DNA of 64,000 bases, taken from contig CM114271.1 in NCBI GenBank assembly GCA_050084515.1, forward strand, positions 42,718,001 to 42,782,000. Reading direction: 5' to 3'. The position numbers were made by a program, and so were the translations under genes. The notes beneath the pieces were generated by a model. It saw only the letters and a program-made list of their open reading frames with translations. It searched no databases and was not told where the DNA came from. Position 1 is the stretch's first letter; each line of letters begins with the position of its first letter. Source of the stretch: Blasia pusilla. Taxonomy: Eukaryota. This document shows positions 42,081 to 55,200 of the stretch, in pieces.

Positions 42081-44005
42081 TGTCGTGCGCATATATATCG
42101 CTACACAACATACATCGCAGGTCACATCTACACCACACAACACCGATCTTCCCCACACACGGGTAGATCCACACATGTACAGAAATCAACTCATACATAT
42201 ACATGGAGATCACACAACGTAGTAAAAAACGGCACACCCGGCCTAAAACTCCACTCCTCAATCTACATCGGCATATCGAGCCTCGTCCACCCTACGCTAT
42301 CAAGGAATCCGGACGCTAGCACCCTAGTCCTATCTCACACACATACAAGAGAGGTGCTCCAAGGGCCCAACATGAGAAAGATGGCTTAGGAAATCCATCT
42401 TCCTCTCTTATATAGGGTTGAGAAGAACCAAAGGGCTCTTCCCCTCAAAATAGCCATCCCCTTGGTAACCTGCGCGCTCAGGTTACCAGGGGCGGGTGAC
42501 TTGGTCAACAAGTCATCCGGTTGTGAAAGACCTCAACATGAAAGTTGTGAGAAACGACGTTCCTGACACAATAGACCTATCCTCAACCTCATTCGACACC
42601 GTGGGACAAAGTTACACTCAAGATAGTCCGTTGGCTCCTACGCCCTATCCACGATAGATCTCGGGCTATCGGCTACTCAGATGTGACAGTTGTGGTACGC
42701 ATACATATCGCTACATAACATACATCGTTGGTCACATCTACACCACACAACACGGATAGATCCACACATGTACAGAAATCAACTCATACATATACATGGA
42801 GATCACACAATTGTCCCCCTAGCTGGAAGTTCGATTCCCCTAACTCCAGATAGAAAATATCACATCTCTTTGACATGGCCTACTACCCTATACACATCTC
42901 GGACACAGCCATCATCCCGTGGGAACTACATAAAAGGGGGGTTCCAGACATGACATATGCTACCCTCGAGAACAACCATCACATACCAATATGGTGGTTG
43001 CACCCCTCGCAGATCTCCACAACATACACCCCAAGCCTGTAAGTACCACTGCCAAGCTCGGATCCACTGTCCCGTCTACGTTCACAAGATGACATGGCGC
43101 ACAATTGCGCATATGATCCTTCCAAACCATACCATCCCGTCCCTCCAACATGAGGACTCCGGTCGGTAATACCTCACGCACACGAAGGATCGTGCGCCCT
43201 GCAGTGACATCTAGCGTCGTGGGTGCCGCCTGCTGTAAATACACGTAATCTCCAAGATAAAACCTCCTAATCCCTGGACGATAACCTCCTCCACGAATGG
43301 TTGCATACCTCAATGTATCTCTATGCTGAGCAATAGCTAAGTTCTCAAAGGCCAAAGGCATAACTCTACGAAAAATCTCCGCCCTCTGAGAACACGGTTG
43401 TATCCACACATCTGGATTATCAAGATCTAACACCTCCGCCATGTCACTCCGAATAGCTGCAAGTAAATCTGGCCTCTCTCCCAAAGAGCAAAAAGTATGG
43501 TGAAAATGATGCCAAGGATGCATGCCAACTAAAGCGATAACCCATAGCCAACCATGGCAATTGTAGGTCCCACTCCCTCAATTGTCCTCGCTGCAAGCCA
43601 TACTTGCGCAATCCTCTCTTCACCATCTGTACTACTCTCTCCGCCAACCCATCCACCTCAATATGATCTCTGGACGTGGTGCGGTGATCTATCAACGCCT
43701 GATCACACAAGGCCTAAAACTCTCCCCTGAACTCGGTACCCTGGTCAGTCAACACCTCCGCCGATGCACCAAAGTGACTAAGCACACGATCTAGAAACGA
43801 ATAAGCTATTCCCTTGCTCGCCTTGTCCAATAGTGCCACCAACTCTATCCACTTGGAGAAATGCTCCACCATGACCAACACATACCTGTGATGATGCCCC
43901 ATCAATGGCAAAGGTCCCGCAAAGTCTAAACTCCACCGATAACCTAAACCCATAATTGGCAAAGGATGTAATTGCGGAGTGGGAGCATTGAAGGGTTTAG
44001 TGGCA
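42081..44005 (-). mobile_element. 3' part of a second copy of the DNMT/PHD Ty3 family (integrase, PHD, PPT, A-B-A repeats)
   Basis: High nucleotide similarity to 59480-61411. A1 42691-42809, B 42219-42688, A2 42081-42216, terminus CGACA at 42081. Confidence 0.93.
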
Positions 44006-44049
44006 TGCCATACATCACATGCCATACATCTGGCATACATCATGCCATA

Positions 44050-47000
44050 CACTCGCCGCATCTAAGAACACTGCCGGGCCGATCCATGCGTGCAATTGAT
44101 GTGCACTCGTCACCACGCGGGACCTCTCATGTAAATGTTGCAAGATTCGCATCATCTCCCAAAACAACCTGGACCGAGTATCAGCTAACCCGCTATCTCG
44201 TCCCGCACTTGATTGGACCTGACACAGCCAACCAGCAATGACCAAGTCTATGGTCCCTACCCGCTCCAAGTCCTGCGTCCCCAACAATGAAATGTCCCTC
44301 AGTAGGGAACTCTGGTAACCCTGAATGGCGGATGCAGACAACAAGTCGGGAAAACGGAGGCGTAATAGCGACACATGGTGAAGTGAAGCGTGCCTTGCAA
44401 CATCATCAATCTCCACATATAGGTACTGCTACACACACACTCCAATGTGCAAAACAACAACTAATCCAATGCTGATCCCTCCAAAGAGATCCAACATCCG
44501 AATACCCTCCTCTGGGATGCACTACAAAATCGCGAGGGGGGGAGATGTCCAAAGGGGTCATAGCAGCACTCCTGCCTACCGGGGGTTCCTCTGACTCTAG
44601 TGCAAGCGTCTCGCTCCACGCGGTCTGCACATGCTTAGTGGCTAAGCGTCAAAGCTCCTCAGTCGAGCCCCAAAGCGGCACCTCTTTTCCACGGACTGAT
44701 GCGGCTTCCATGACACTCCTCTCCATAAAAATGCCAAGAAGGGGAGTATCCTCTACATGGACATGTCCCTCAATCAAATCACTAGGCCAAGTGATGGCAC
44801 TCCTAAATGCTGCTAAGGTCGCCATCTCTCTTGGCCGTCGCTCAATCACTACACCTGTGAATCGAACGGGTAATGAGCTAAGGCGCCCATCACTTGACTT
44901 CCATCCTGGTCTGTAAGATGCTGACTCCTCCCAGTAATTCAGGGAAAAACCCATCGGGTATAACACTGCTCCACCAACCAAGATGTCGTAGGACTCTACA
45001 TCAGTCACTATCGCCTTGGCTCGCACCACGGACGAATCTGTAGGATGTCCCAGGCGAATCCTCACCACGACCTCTTGTCGGGTGATATACTATGTGGTAC
45101 TCACTCCACCCAAGGATGTCTATATCCGGAATGGACAACGCTCCACATCGGCTCTCGTCAAGCCCAATCCTCTGAATGACGCTTTCCCCAACATCAGGGC
45201 TGCGCTCTTGAATCCAACAAGACGAGCTGCGGACTAAAAGCTCTATCTCCGGGACTGACCAACTGGAAGACCTCTCCTCGGTTATCCAGCAACACAACAC
45301 TAAGAGAAACCATGGCACCCTCTATCGTGGGTCTAGCGGGCATCTCTGCCATCCTAGCAGCCGCAGCCTGCCATGAATCTAACGTGGATGGCCCGAGCAT
45401 ATGCTCCAAGGGCATGTCCATCATCTCCTCTGCAATCACCTCTGAACGTGATGTTGAAAATCCAACTCCACGCTCACATAGCATAGCGGCCAGCCAAAAA
45501 ACCTCGACGGGCGTACCTCCCAACGTCACAACATCGGAAGAAGAAAATAAAGGAGCGTGGTACACAACAGTGGCTGCCCCCAACATCGTGCTTGACACAT
45601 GCCCCTCCTCAACATCAGAAATAGGAGTCGTCACACTCGCTTCTCCCATCGCCCTCCGTGCTTGGACACCAACAACATCACCAACTCTCCAGGAACTCTG
45701 ATCAGGACCCATTGATGACGTCCTCATCGGCTTGGACAACGTGAAAGATTGATGATGCCAAGTCTATTTCTTGGCTTCCCCTCACTATGGATCCAACTCT
45801 TCGGCTGCTCCACGCGTCACAACTATGGCGGCCTCCATCTAGGCAACCCCGCACATCCAACCAGGATCCTCCATATCTCTGGCTCCTCCATATGATGTCG
45901 ATGCCATGGATCCAACATCGGGTAATCTCAATGCCATAGCGGCAATCTGCTCCTGTAGCTGATGTATCTGAGCAGCCATCCTAGCCTCACGCTCAGCGTC
46001 TCCCTCGACGCGTCTAGGTGGTGGGACTCTACCTCCTCCACGGGCAGCTCCACCTCCTGTCGAGCAGCTCCAACTCCTCGTCCCCCAACGGGACCACCTG
46101 GTGCACAATCTCTAGGCCCACCCAGACCGGCTACTCGCTCTGATGCCCTCTCTAGCCCTCGGTCCGGACGTAACTCATGATGTAAACTAAAACACCTGGC
46201 GCATGTATGACCATACCTCTGACAATAGTCATACGGATAACCTCTTGGTGCATCACCATCTCCTCCTCCATGTTGAGGCACACGTTCATGACCCTGACGA
46301 GTGCAATCACGCTAATGATGGGCTCCACCACATGACCAACAAGTAATCGTAGGCGACTGTTGCTGAGCCGCATATGAAGGCGCAGGTCTCTGTGGCATGG
46401 CCTCTTGATATCCTCCCTGAGCTCTGGGTGCCACAATCAACCTATCTCGGAGTCCACGTTGCTGCACAGGTGGTGCAGACAATCGTGACTGCTCTCGCCC
46501 AAAACCCATGGAGGCTACGTTCTCCTCCACCACCTTGCGCTCAATATTCTCGGCGGTCTTAAAAACATCTCTCAATGTAGGGGAGGTGTTCATAAGAAGC
46601 ACCCCCTCCCGCACCCGTGTCCGTAGGGTCCTGTCCAGCATCGCGTACCATGACTGGATAGCTTGACCCTCTATCACCCCCTGAGTGACGTTGATCAACC
46701 GGCGCAAGCGTGTGTAAACCTCATGCAAACTCTCACCCGGGCGCCTCTCGAAGTCGTGGATGCTCCGCAACTTCTCCGTTCGTACCCCTTGGTAGCTCGC
46801 CCTCAACTCAGCGAAGAACTCAACCACGGGGTTGAACCTGAGACGAACCCGACTAGATGGTGCAACTGCTCTAGTGCGAGTGACCCTTCCTAAAATATCA
46901 CTTGTGGAAGAGGAAGTAGACTCTCCTGACTCCTCCTCCTCATCTAGGAATGGCTCCGTCCATGACATATAGTATGGATCATAATAGAGTCGCCATGCCT

Positions 47001-49444
47001 CAATCTCCTAGGCATATCTGTGGGAGAACTCATGGTAATCGTCCATGGGCGCCCCCTCTAAATGCTAGAACATACCATTTCATGTTGTAAACGGGTTAAA
47101 CTCTATAGAGTTCCTAACCCGTTGTGAGTCACACCAACTCCTAAACTCGGCAATGAAGTTGTGTAGCTCTATAGTGGTGCCTATAGCACCCAAAAACCTA
47201 CGCGGTCCTCTACCCCGGTTGTCCATCTTGTACGCCCAATTGGTAGGATCACTCATTGTGGATCACTAACACACTCCTCTACACACTCCTTCTCGTCTAA
47301 AGATGACCACAGAAAGAGATCGAGGTGGTCTCTCACGTGGAGACCCTCGAAACCTCGCACCACTCCGGGTAAACCTTCCAGATCTACTCTTAGGTCCACT
47401 ACCCCGCCTCTCAAAAGCTTGAAAGGACGCCGTGATGGCCCTCGTGCCCCTCTCACACGATCACTCTTAATCTCGCGAGTAATCCCTCAATCACTCAAAC
47501 TAAACATGCGGCACTCAATCTACACTCTCTCACTGAGACGTGTGCTATGCGGCAATAAGCAACGTGGTGCGGAAAATCACTGATCTATTGTCTCATCGAT
47601 AAACCATCCTCAACTTTGGACACCCCACACAGGTCTATGTCCCCTAAACCCATACATCATTGATGCTCCTAGCATCAATATAGGAACCCAATATCCCAAA
47701 TAACTTCCCAATACCCGGAAATCCCTCACACGTGCAAGGTAAGAGACTAGAATGGGTAACCTGACAATAATGTCGATGTCGCTCTTCGGCAACTGCAAAT
47801 CTCGACCCCAACTCGGTCATGAAGACAATCAGCAACACGTACTCCTCTCGTACTGACGCTGCTCAAACCTCATCGATGTGCGGTGTAGGTCCAGCGCTCC
47901 AATGCGGCATTGGCGGCACAGAATGGCTGCAAAGGGCACGACACTCGGGAATGGGGTGCGGCACGCGGCGGCATACCCTCCTCAATCAGAAATTCACATG
48001 CTTTGCTCCTTAGTGAAGGAGCGGCTCCGCGACCGAGACGATGCGGTGCGACCATGAGCGGCACGACGCAGCAATTGGCGATGCGTTGCGGCTACGGACA
48101 TCACGGCACGATCCTCGATCGTCGTCGAGTGGCTACCAATCACAACATAGCAGCATGAAATGAAAACTCAAACACCATAACCTGAGGTCATCTGCCATCA
48201 CTGGTTGATGAAAAAAATGCGATGACGGTGGCGACGCAAGTCAGAGAATCAACGGTCGTCGTAGAAGACCCTCCACTCCGTAATGGCGGCAATGGCAACC
48301 CAAGGATGGACAACGGACGAACGCGGCTCTCACCACCGCTATGCAGCGGCGGTGGCCGACGGTGGACGGTGGACCGTTGAGAATGAAAGTTGACCGTTGA
48401 TGGTGACGGCCGATTGTTGACGACGGACCGCCGATGGCAGACCGTTGACGGTGACTATGACGGCAACGATCACCGCTGTCGTGGCGGTTGGTTTAGGGTT
48501 TGAATAATTTAACCCTAAAAATTGCCTTGCAAGATTGAAAATAAATTTTTGGTCGTAACTCCAAATTGCGCACCTTCTATTGTACAGTGTGCACAGCTTC
48601 ACGATCTACAACGGCGTCAAAAATTATTTTGAATCGAACATTCCAATAAAAATTGATAGGGATTGTCGTAAAGCCCAATTCTCTTTCCCCTTCACAAAAT
48701 TTGGTAGCGCTTCCGCGCTGATTTCTCCCAAAAAAAATGTAAAAGCTGTGAAAATATAAATCAGCAAGCTACATGGTGCTTCCGAGAGCACCGGCACGGG
48801 GCAACCCGCCTCCATACTCAATCCCTATAAAAAATTGGGCAGTGCTTCCGCCCCACTTTTCCACACAAAAAATCACAAGTAAGCAACTTTTGCTCTTGTG
48901 AGCACTTCCATAAACTGCTGAACGGGGATACGATCTCCAACCTGCAAAACTAGCGAGTGACCACAGAGCTCCCCCACGAAGCTCTCTCACTCACTCATTC
49001 TCTCTTTGTAAAATAAGATCCAATATCTCTCACAACACCATAGTTCTCACATGTCTCTCTCAATGTCAAACCAAACCCACTCTCTTAATGAGAGGCTTGG
49101 GTTACACACACAAGGCAAGCAAGACCATAGCTCAGCCGCCTCATGCCAAGAGGTTCAACAAAGAGGGAATGAGCTCTCAAGCTCTCTCTCCTTGAGGTAT
49201 ACCCCTCCCCTCTCCCAAGCTCTCTCCATGGTAACCTATGCTTCCAAGTCACCTCCTTGGCTCTTGACCTGATGTAGGAGGTCAAGGGACACTTACCAAA
49301 AATATAAAGTCAATGATATACTCAAAATAGTATTGACCTAAAATAGTAAGTTCCTCAATATGGCTCCAAATGAGCCGAAATGAAGGGGAAACCTGCTCTG
49401 TCAAGTTTCCCAGGGCCTCAAGAGATCATCCTCCACCTATTGAG
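44050..49444 (-). mobile_element. 5' half of a diverged sister-family (Y) element: partial LTR, leader, gag, protease, N-half of DNA methyltransferase
   Basis: LTR end CA at 49007-49008 and primer site 48996-49006. gag from about 47226 (MDNRGRGPRRFLGAIG..., YQGVRTEKLRSIHDFERRPGESL, CWSCGGAH, CQRYGHTCARC), protease (LVLLDSRAQP, YDILVG), DNMT motif I (IRMLDLFGGISIG) and motif IV (LVIAGWLCQ). Multiple stops and frameshifts. Confidence 0.9.
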
Positions 49445-49871
49445 TTGATGCTAATCCTCAAAGATACCATTCTCCTTACGTAGAAGTCAAATCCCTTGCA
49501 CACTTTATTGATTTTTCTTCTTTATATGAATTGTGGATTTTTTTTTTTGCTCTTGATAGTTGAAGGTCTAAAATCCTTGGGCTTGTTAGGCGTTGGTATC
49601 ATAATCCTACATGCGGGTATGAAGCAAAACTGTTCGCTTTGAAGTAATTTGGCGATTCAGTATGTGTTCAAAAATATTTTTCAATAGTAAATCGGATGAT
49701 AAGTATTTTGTAGGTATGTCAAAAGACACACCCAAGGAGAAGAATGTTTCTAAGAATTAAATGCTTAAGATAGAAAGAGGGTCACAATTAGGTTGCGTCG
49801 TTTCGGGCAAGAAATTAAGTAATAACCTAGAAGGCTCCAAGAAAGATAAGCAATCATATGCGTGTTTGCTC

Positions 49872-51733
49872 TGTCAAGTCTTTTAGGATAGATCGGTGAG
49901 ATCTAGTAGAGCGCCTTTGTGAGTACTAGAGGACAGGCTCAATAGGTCAAGGATGGCCTGTTGAGGCCCCGGGAAACCTGAGAGAGTAGGTTTCCCCTTC
50001 GTTTTGGCTCATTTGGAGCCATATTGAGGAACTTACTAATTTAGGTAAGTACCATTATGAATATATGATCGAGTTTATATTTTTGGTAAGTGGCACTTGA
50101 CCTCCTACATCAGGTCAAGAGCCAAGGAGGTGACTTGGGAGCATAGGTTACCATAGAGAGAGCTAAGGAGAAGGGAAGATTATACCTCAAGGAGAGAGAG
50201 CTTGAGAGCTCATTCTCTTTTTGTTCAACCTCTTGGCATAAGGCTGCGGAGCTATGGTCCCTTGCCTTATGAGTGTTACCCAAGTCTCTCATAGAGAGAG
50301 TGGGTTTGGTTTGACATTGAGAGAGACATGTGAGAGTGCACACATGTGAGAACTATGGTGTTGTGAGCGAGATTGGATCTTATTTTACAAAGAGAGAATG
50401 AATGAGTGAGAGAGCTTCATGGGGGAGCTCGCTCACTCACTCATTGCTTTGTTGGATTTTTATACGAGAGAGTGGCATGTGGAAGCGCTGCCCAATTTTT
50501 GATAGAAATTGAGTATGGGGAAAAATTACTCAATACCGGTGCTCTTGAGCACCATGTAGTTTTCTGATTTGTCTTCTCAAAGGTTTTACATTTTTGTTGG
50601 GAGCAATCAGCGCGGAAGTGCTGCTAAATTTTGTGTAGTAGAAAGACACGTTGGGCTTTACGACAATCCCTGTCAGTTCTTACAAGAATCTTTGATTCAA
50701 AATATTTTTTGACACCATTGTAGATCATGAAGCTTTGCACGCTATGCAGTAAATGATGCGTAATTTGGAGTTGCGAGCAAAAAGTTATGGTCAATCTTGC
50801 AAAACTGCCATTGCTAGGAAATTTTTAGAGTTAAATTGTTCAAACCCTAAACCAGCCGCCGCTGGCACGTCGGCTGTCGCCGTCATAGTCACCGTCAATG
50901 GTCCGATGTCACCATCAACAATCAACCATCACACTCAATGGTCCACCGTCCACCGTTGGCCACCGCCGCTGCCTAGCGATGTTGAGAGCCACGTTCGGCC
51001 GTTGTCCACCCTTTGGTTGCCATTGCCGCCATTACTGAGTGGAGGGTTCTCCACGACCACTGTTGATTCTCTGACTTGCGTCGCCACCACATACTTTGTT
51101 TTGGCCGCCACCGTCATCGCATTTTTGTTATCAACCAGTGATGGCAGGTGACCTCAGATTATGGTGTTTGAGTTTTCAATTCATGATGTTATGTTGTGAT
51201 TGCTAGCCGCTCGATGACGATCGAGTACCGTGCCGTGACGCCCGTAGCCGCAACGCGCCACTGATTACGGCGTTGTGCCGCTCGTGGCTGCACCGCATTG
51301 TCTCGATCGCGGAGTCGCTCCTTCACTAAGGAGGAGAGTGTGTGAATTGCTGATTGAGGAGGGTATGCCGCCGAGTGCGGCACCCCATTTTTGAGTGTCG
51401 TGCCGTTTGTAGCCGTTCCGTGCCGCCATTGTCGCACCGGATCATTGGACCTGCATCGCACATTGAGGAGGTTTGAGTAGCGTCAATACGAGAGGAGTAC
51501 GACTTCTTGATTGGAGGAGTTGTCTTCACGATCGAGTTGGGTCGAGATTTGGAGTTTCCGAGCAGCGATATCGACATTATTGTCAGGTTATCCATTGTAG
51601 TCTCTTACCCTGCACGTGTGAGGGATTCCCGGGTATTTGGAAGTTATTTGGGATATTGGGTTCTTGTGCTAATGCTAGGAGCATCAATGATGTATGGGTT
51701 TAGGGGACATAGACCTGTGTGGGATGTCCAGAG
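49872..51733 (+). mobile_element. LTR segment and leader of a second sister-family (Y) copy, interrupted by the 51734-61411 insertion
   Basis: Inverted homologue of about 47615-49444. Probable start TGTCA at 49872, LTR end TTTTACA at 50389, primer site 50390-50400. Confidence 0.85.
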
Positions 51734-52216
51734 TGTCACATCTGAGTAGCCGATAGGCCGAGATCTATCGTGGATAGGGCGTAGGAGCCAGCGGACTATC
51801 TTGAGTGTAACTTTGTCCCACAGTGTCGGATGAGGTTGAGGATAGGTCCATTGTGTCGGAACGTCGCGTTTTCGGCGACTTTCATGTTGAGGTCTTTTAC
51901 AGCCGGGTGACTTGTTGACCAGGTCACCTGCCCCTGGTAACCTTTGCGCGCAGGTTACCAAGGGAAGGGCTATTTTTAGGGGAAGAGCCTTTTGGCTCTT
52001 CCTAACCTATAAAAGAGAGGAAGATGGTTTTCCTAAGCCATCTTTCTCATGTTGGGCCGTTGGAGCACCTCCCTTGTATGTGTGTGAGCTAGGACTAGGG
52101 TGCTAGCGTCCGGATTCCTTGATAGCACAGGGTGGACGAGGCTCGATATGCCGATGTAGATTGAGGAGTGGAGTTTTAGGCCGGGTGTGCCGTTTTTACT
52201 ACTCTTTATTTTTACA
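51734..52216 (+). repeat. Terminal repeat B1 (promoter-containing LTR part, TGTCAC...TTTACA)
   Basis: Direct repeat of 60811-61289 with roughly ten differences, several of them CpG transitions. Confidence 0.95.
52008..52014 (+). promoter_or_regulatory. LTR TATA box
   Basis: TATAAAA 31 nt upstream of the inferred transcript start at 52039, also present in the other B copies. Confidence 0.75.
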
Positions 52217-52227
52217 TGAGAAAGATG
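52217..52227 (+). promoter_or_regulatory. Self-priming type primer-binding site
   Basis: TGAGAAAGATG directly after the LTR-terminal CA is the exact reverse complement of CATCTTTCTCA (52039-52049). It lacks the TGG start of a tRNA PBS. Confidence 0.85.
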
Positions 52228-55200
52228 TCAGGGGGCTAGTGGAAATTTGTTGTTTGCAGGTAGGCAAGCGAGTTGCCTTGGTCGGGAGCCCCTGGAGACG
52301 CGTGTGTGACGTTTTGTGTCATTTTTCTATTCGGAAGGCCGTGGGCGGAAGCGCTGTCTGTTTTTCTCAGATTTTGCTAGTGCGGATTGATGGGGGACAA
52401 CAGCCGAGTGTAGCGTGTGGTGGGGCGTCGGGTGTACGCAAGTGAGGGTGTCGAGAGAGAGAAGCAAAGGGCAGGTTTGGGTCTTGCAGCCGCCAGGGGG
52501 CTGTCAAGTAAAGGCGGCTAGGTTAGGTCGCGAAGTCTAGGGTTAGGTCACGGGCGAGGGACGGCGGACGGGCTGGGCGTGGACAGCAGACGGGCTGGGC
52601 GCGGACGGCAGACGGGCGCGGACAAGTAAGGGGCGTGGATAGGCGAGGGCCGCGGACGACAGAAGGACGCGGAGGGGCGCGGACACGCGGACGGGAGAGA
52701 ATGGAGGGGCAAGGGGCACCCCCTCACTCCGCGCATTTACAAGGGCCGCATAGGGCCGCGTGTCCTGCCCTCCCCCCAAACCTGGTGGCAGAGTGAGATT
52801 TTGCACGGAGATTATTTTGGAAGACCGAACTGACTGTCAGCAAGGTGGGTGAGTTACACCGACAGTTTGCGGGGGAGAGTTGACGATGGAGTATCTGTTG
52901 ACGGGAGGATCGACGTGTTGGTCGAGGGGAGTGTTATGTGGCGGAGATTGTCATATCATGTAGAGGAGTGCATATTGACGGTGCAGTCGGTTGGAGGGCG
53001 TGATCAGGTTACCCATTCGAGTCCCTTTTCCCGCACTTGTCGTGTGTGATTGAGAGTGCTAGGTATCGGGTAGTAGGTGGTGCTAGATGGGTGCAGTGAT
53101 GGTGACGAGTGTAGATTCTTTTCATGTGTAGCATGTTGGTGGATATACGGCGGTTGCCGAGTAGGGGTCGCGTGTATGACCCGAGAGAGTGTCGCTAGGT
53201 TAGGTGAGTCAGTTGGGAGGCTCATGGTGAGCCCGAGTGTTGAGCGTGCGTGAGGCCTGGTATGTCATCACGGGATTGACGTTAGCATAGGTGAGCTAGT
53301 GAGGCGTGTGGGAGACTCTCGGTGAGTCTGAGTGCTTGAGCGGGTGAGACAGGGTTTGTCATCACGGCGTTCTTCCAGGGTTCGGAAGAACGGGGTAGTG
53401 CGAGCAGTGGTAGTGGTGTGCCACGGAGTGGAGTGAGATATCGAGGGATTACCAGTGAGGAGCTCCCTCGATATCCATCCGTGACTGGATCGTCATCACT
53501 GGACACTGGGTCTGGTGACGAGATCACCGACAGAGACACTAGTACTTGGCAGGAGATGGACGACATGGGCCATGGGGGCATGCGTCGTTTCTCGGGTGCA
53601 GTGGGCACCATCGACTTAGATGATTTCATCCGGGAGTTCGACACATGGTGCGACTTCCAGGAGATAGGGACCCCGACACGATTCAACCCTTTCATGGCAT
53701 GGAAGGGGTTGTTCCAGCACTTGGAGGGTCCTCCGATGGATGACTACATGGAGTTTCAATCACTATACTCAGTAGAGATCGATGCCTGGAGGATGTATTG
53801 GGCTCCAGGGTATGTGTCCACTAGTGGTCGCGAGGCATATGATGGGATTGTGAGAGGAGAGAGACCCACACCATCAGCCCGGAGACTAGATGGAGAGGAG
53901 GGTGGAGACAAAGCGATGTGGCAGAGACATCTGGTGGTAGAGGGCCACCCAGCTTCAGCCCCACAGTGGAGTTCTTCCGACAGTTGGGGAAGAGCTACCA
54001 GGGCGTACGCACCGACAAGCTCAAGAGTCTACAAGATTTTCAGCAACGATCGGGTGAGAGTATGAGAGAGGCATTCACACGCATGAGGAGGCTGATCATT
54101 GCTACGTTTGGAGTGACTGAGGCGCAGTCAGTCTAGTATTGGTACGGGGTTCTGGACCGAGAACTACGGAGGAGAGTCCGAGATGCGGTCTTTGATTCAC
54201 AAAGAAAGCCCACATTGAAGGTGGTCTTTGAGTTGTCTGAGCGTATTGAGCTCAACATGAGTGAGGAGCAGGTAGTGACCGCTGGATTTTCTCGAGAGTC
54301 AACGGGTCCACGAGCAGCGGTGACCCCACAGGTGCCACAGCGAGCACCAATACCACGGGAACGGGCCAGTGTGCCTAGAGAGCAAGGCGGGTACCATGAG
54401 CCTATGAGGCAACGACCCGCACCTACATATGTTGCCCAGTAGGGACTGATGTGGTCTTGTTGGACGTGTGGAGGGGCCCATAGGCAGAGGCGCCCACAAA
54501 GCATGGGGAGAGGACCACCAGCGCCTCCGATTGCTCAAGAGCCATAGAGGATGGCCCCACCACAGCACCAGTGTGACCATTGCCACAGATATGGTCATAC
54601 TAGGGATAGATGTTTTGACCTTCGACGAGGGGCACGTCGAGAGGTAGGCCAAGGGCCTGGGGGCGGTCGTCCTGGAGGAGGTTAGGGAGATCTTCCTGGA
54701 CGTGGTGGTAGAGGACCACCACTAGCCAGAGGAGATGGAGCAGGAGCACCAGAGCCGGCGCTTCTCTCACGCATCGATAAGTTGGAGCGGAGGATTGCCG
54801 CCATGACGATGATGCGGCTTAGGAAGGCCTGAGCTGCGGCGGCTAGTGTGACTCAGTCTCTACCTCTTACCCCGACCGGGTGAGGATCTCTCAAATATGG
54901 GATTCATGTGTAGTGCAGCCTAGGTTGAGGCGGTGCGGTGGTGACTGGGTCTGCGAGAGGCACCGAGCCATCGAGAGGTGGAGTTGAGATTGACCCACCA
55001 GAGGGGACCGATGGGCGGCAGGCCAGGGTTCCACAGTCGTTCACATTGTCGGAGGCACTACACACACCATCGATGGTGCCTCGACGACTAGCGGTGCCTA
55101 CAGTTCAGGCACCTACGTCGACGTCACGAGGAGTTGGAGTGACAACTCCTATGCCGGCTCGAGTGGAGTCAGCGTCGACCATAGTGTTGGAGGTGGCCAC

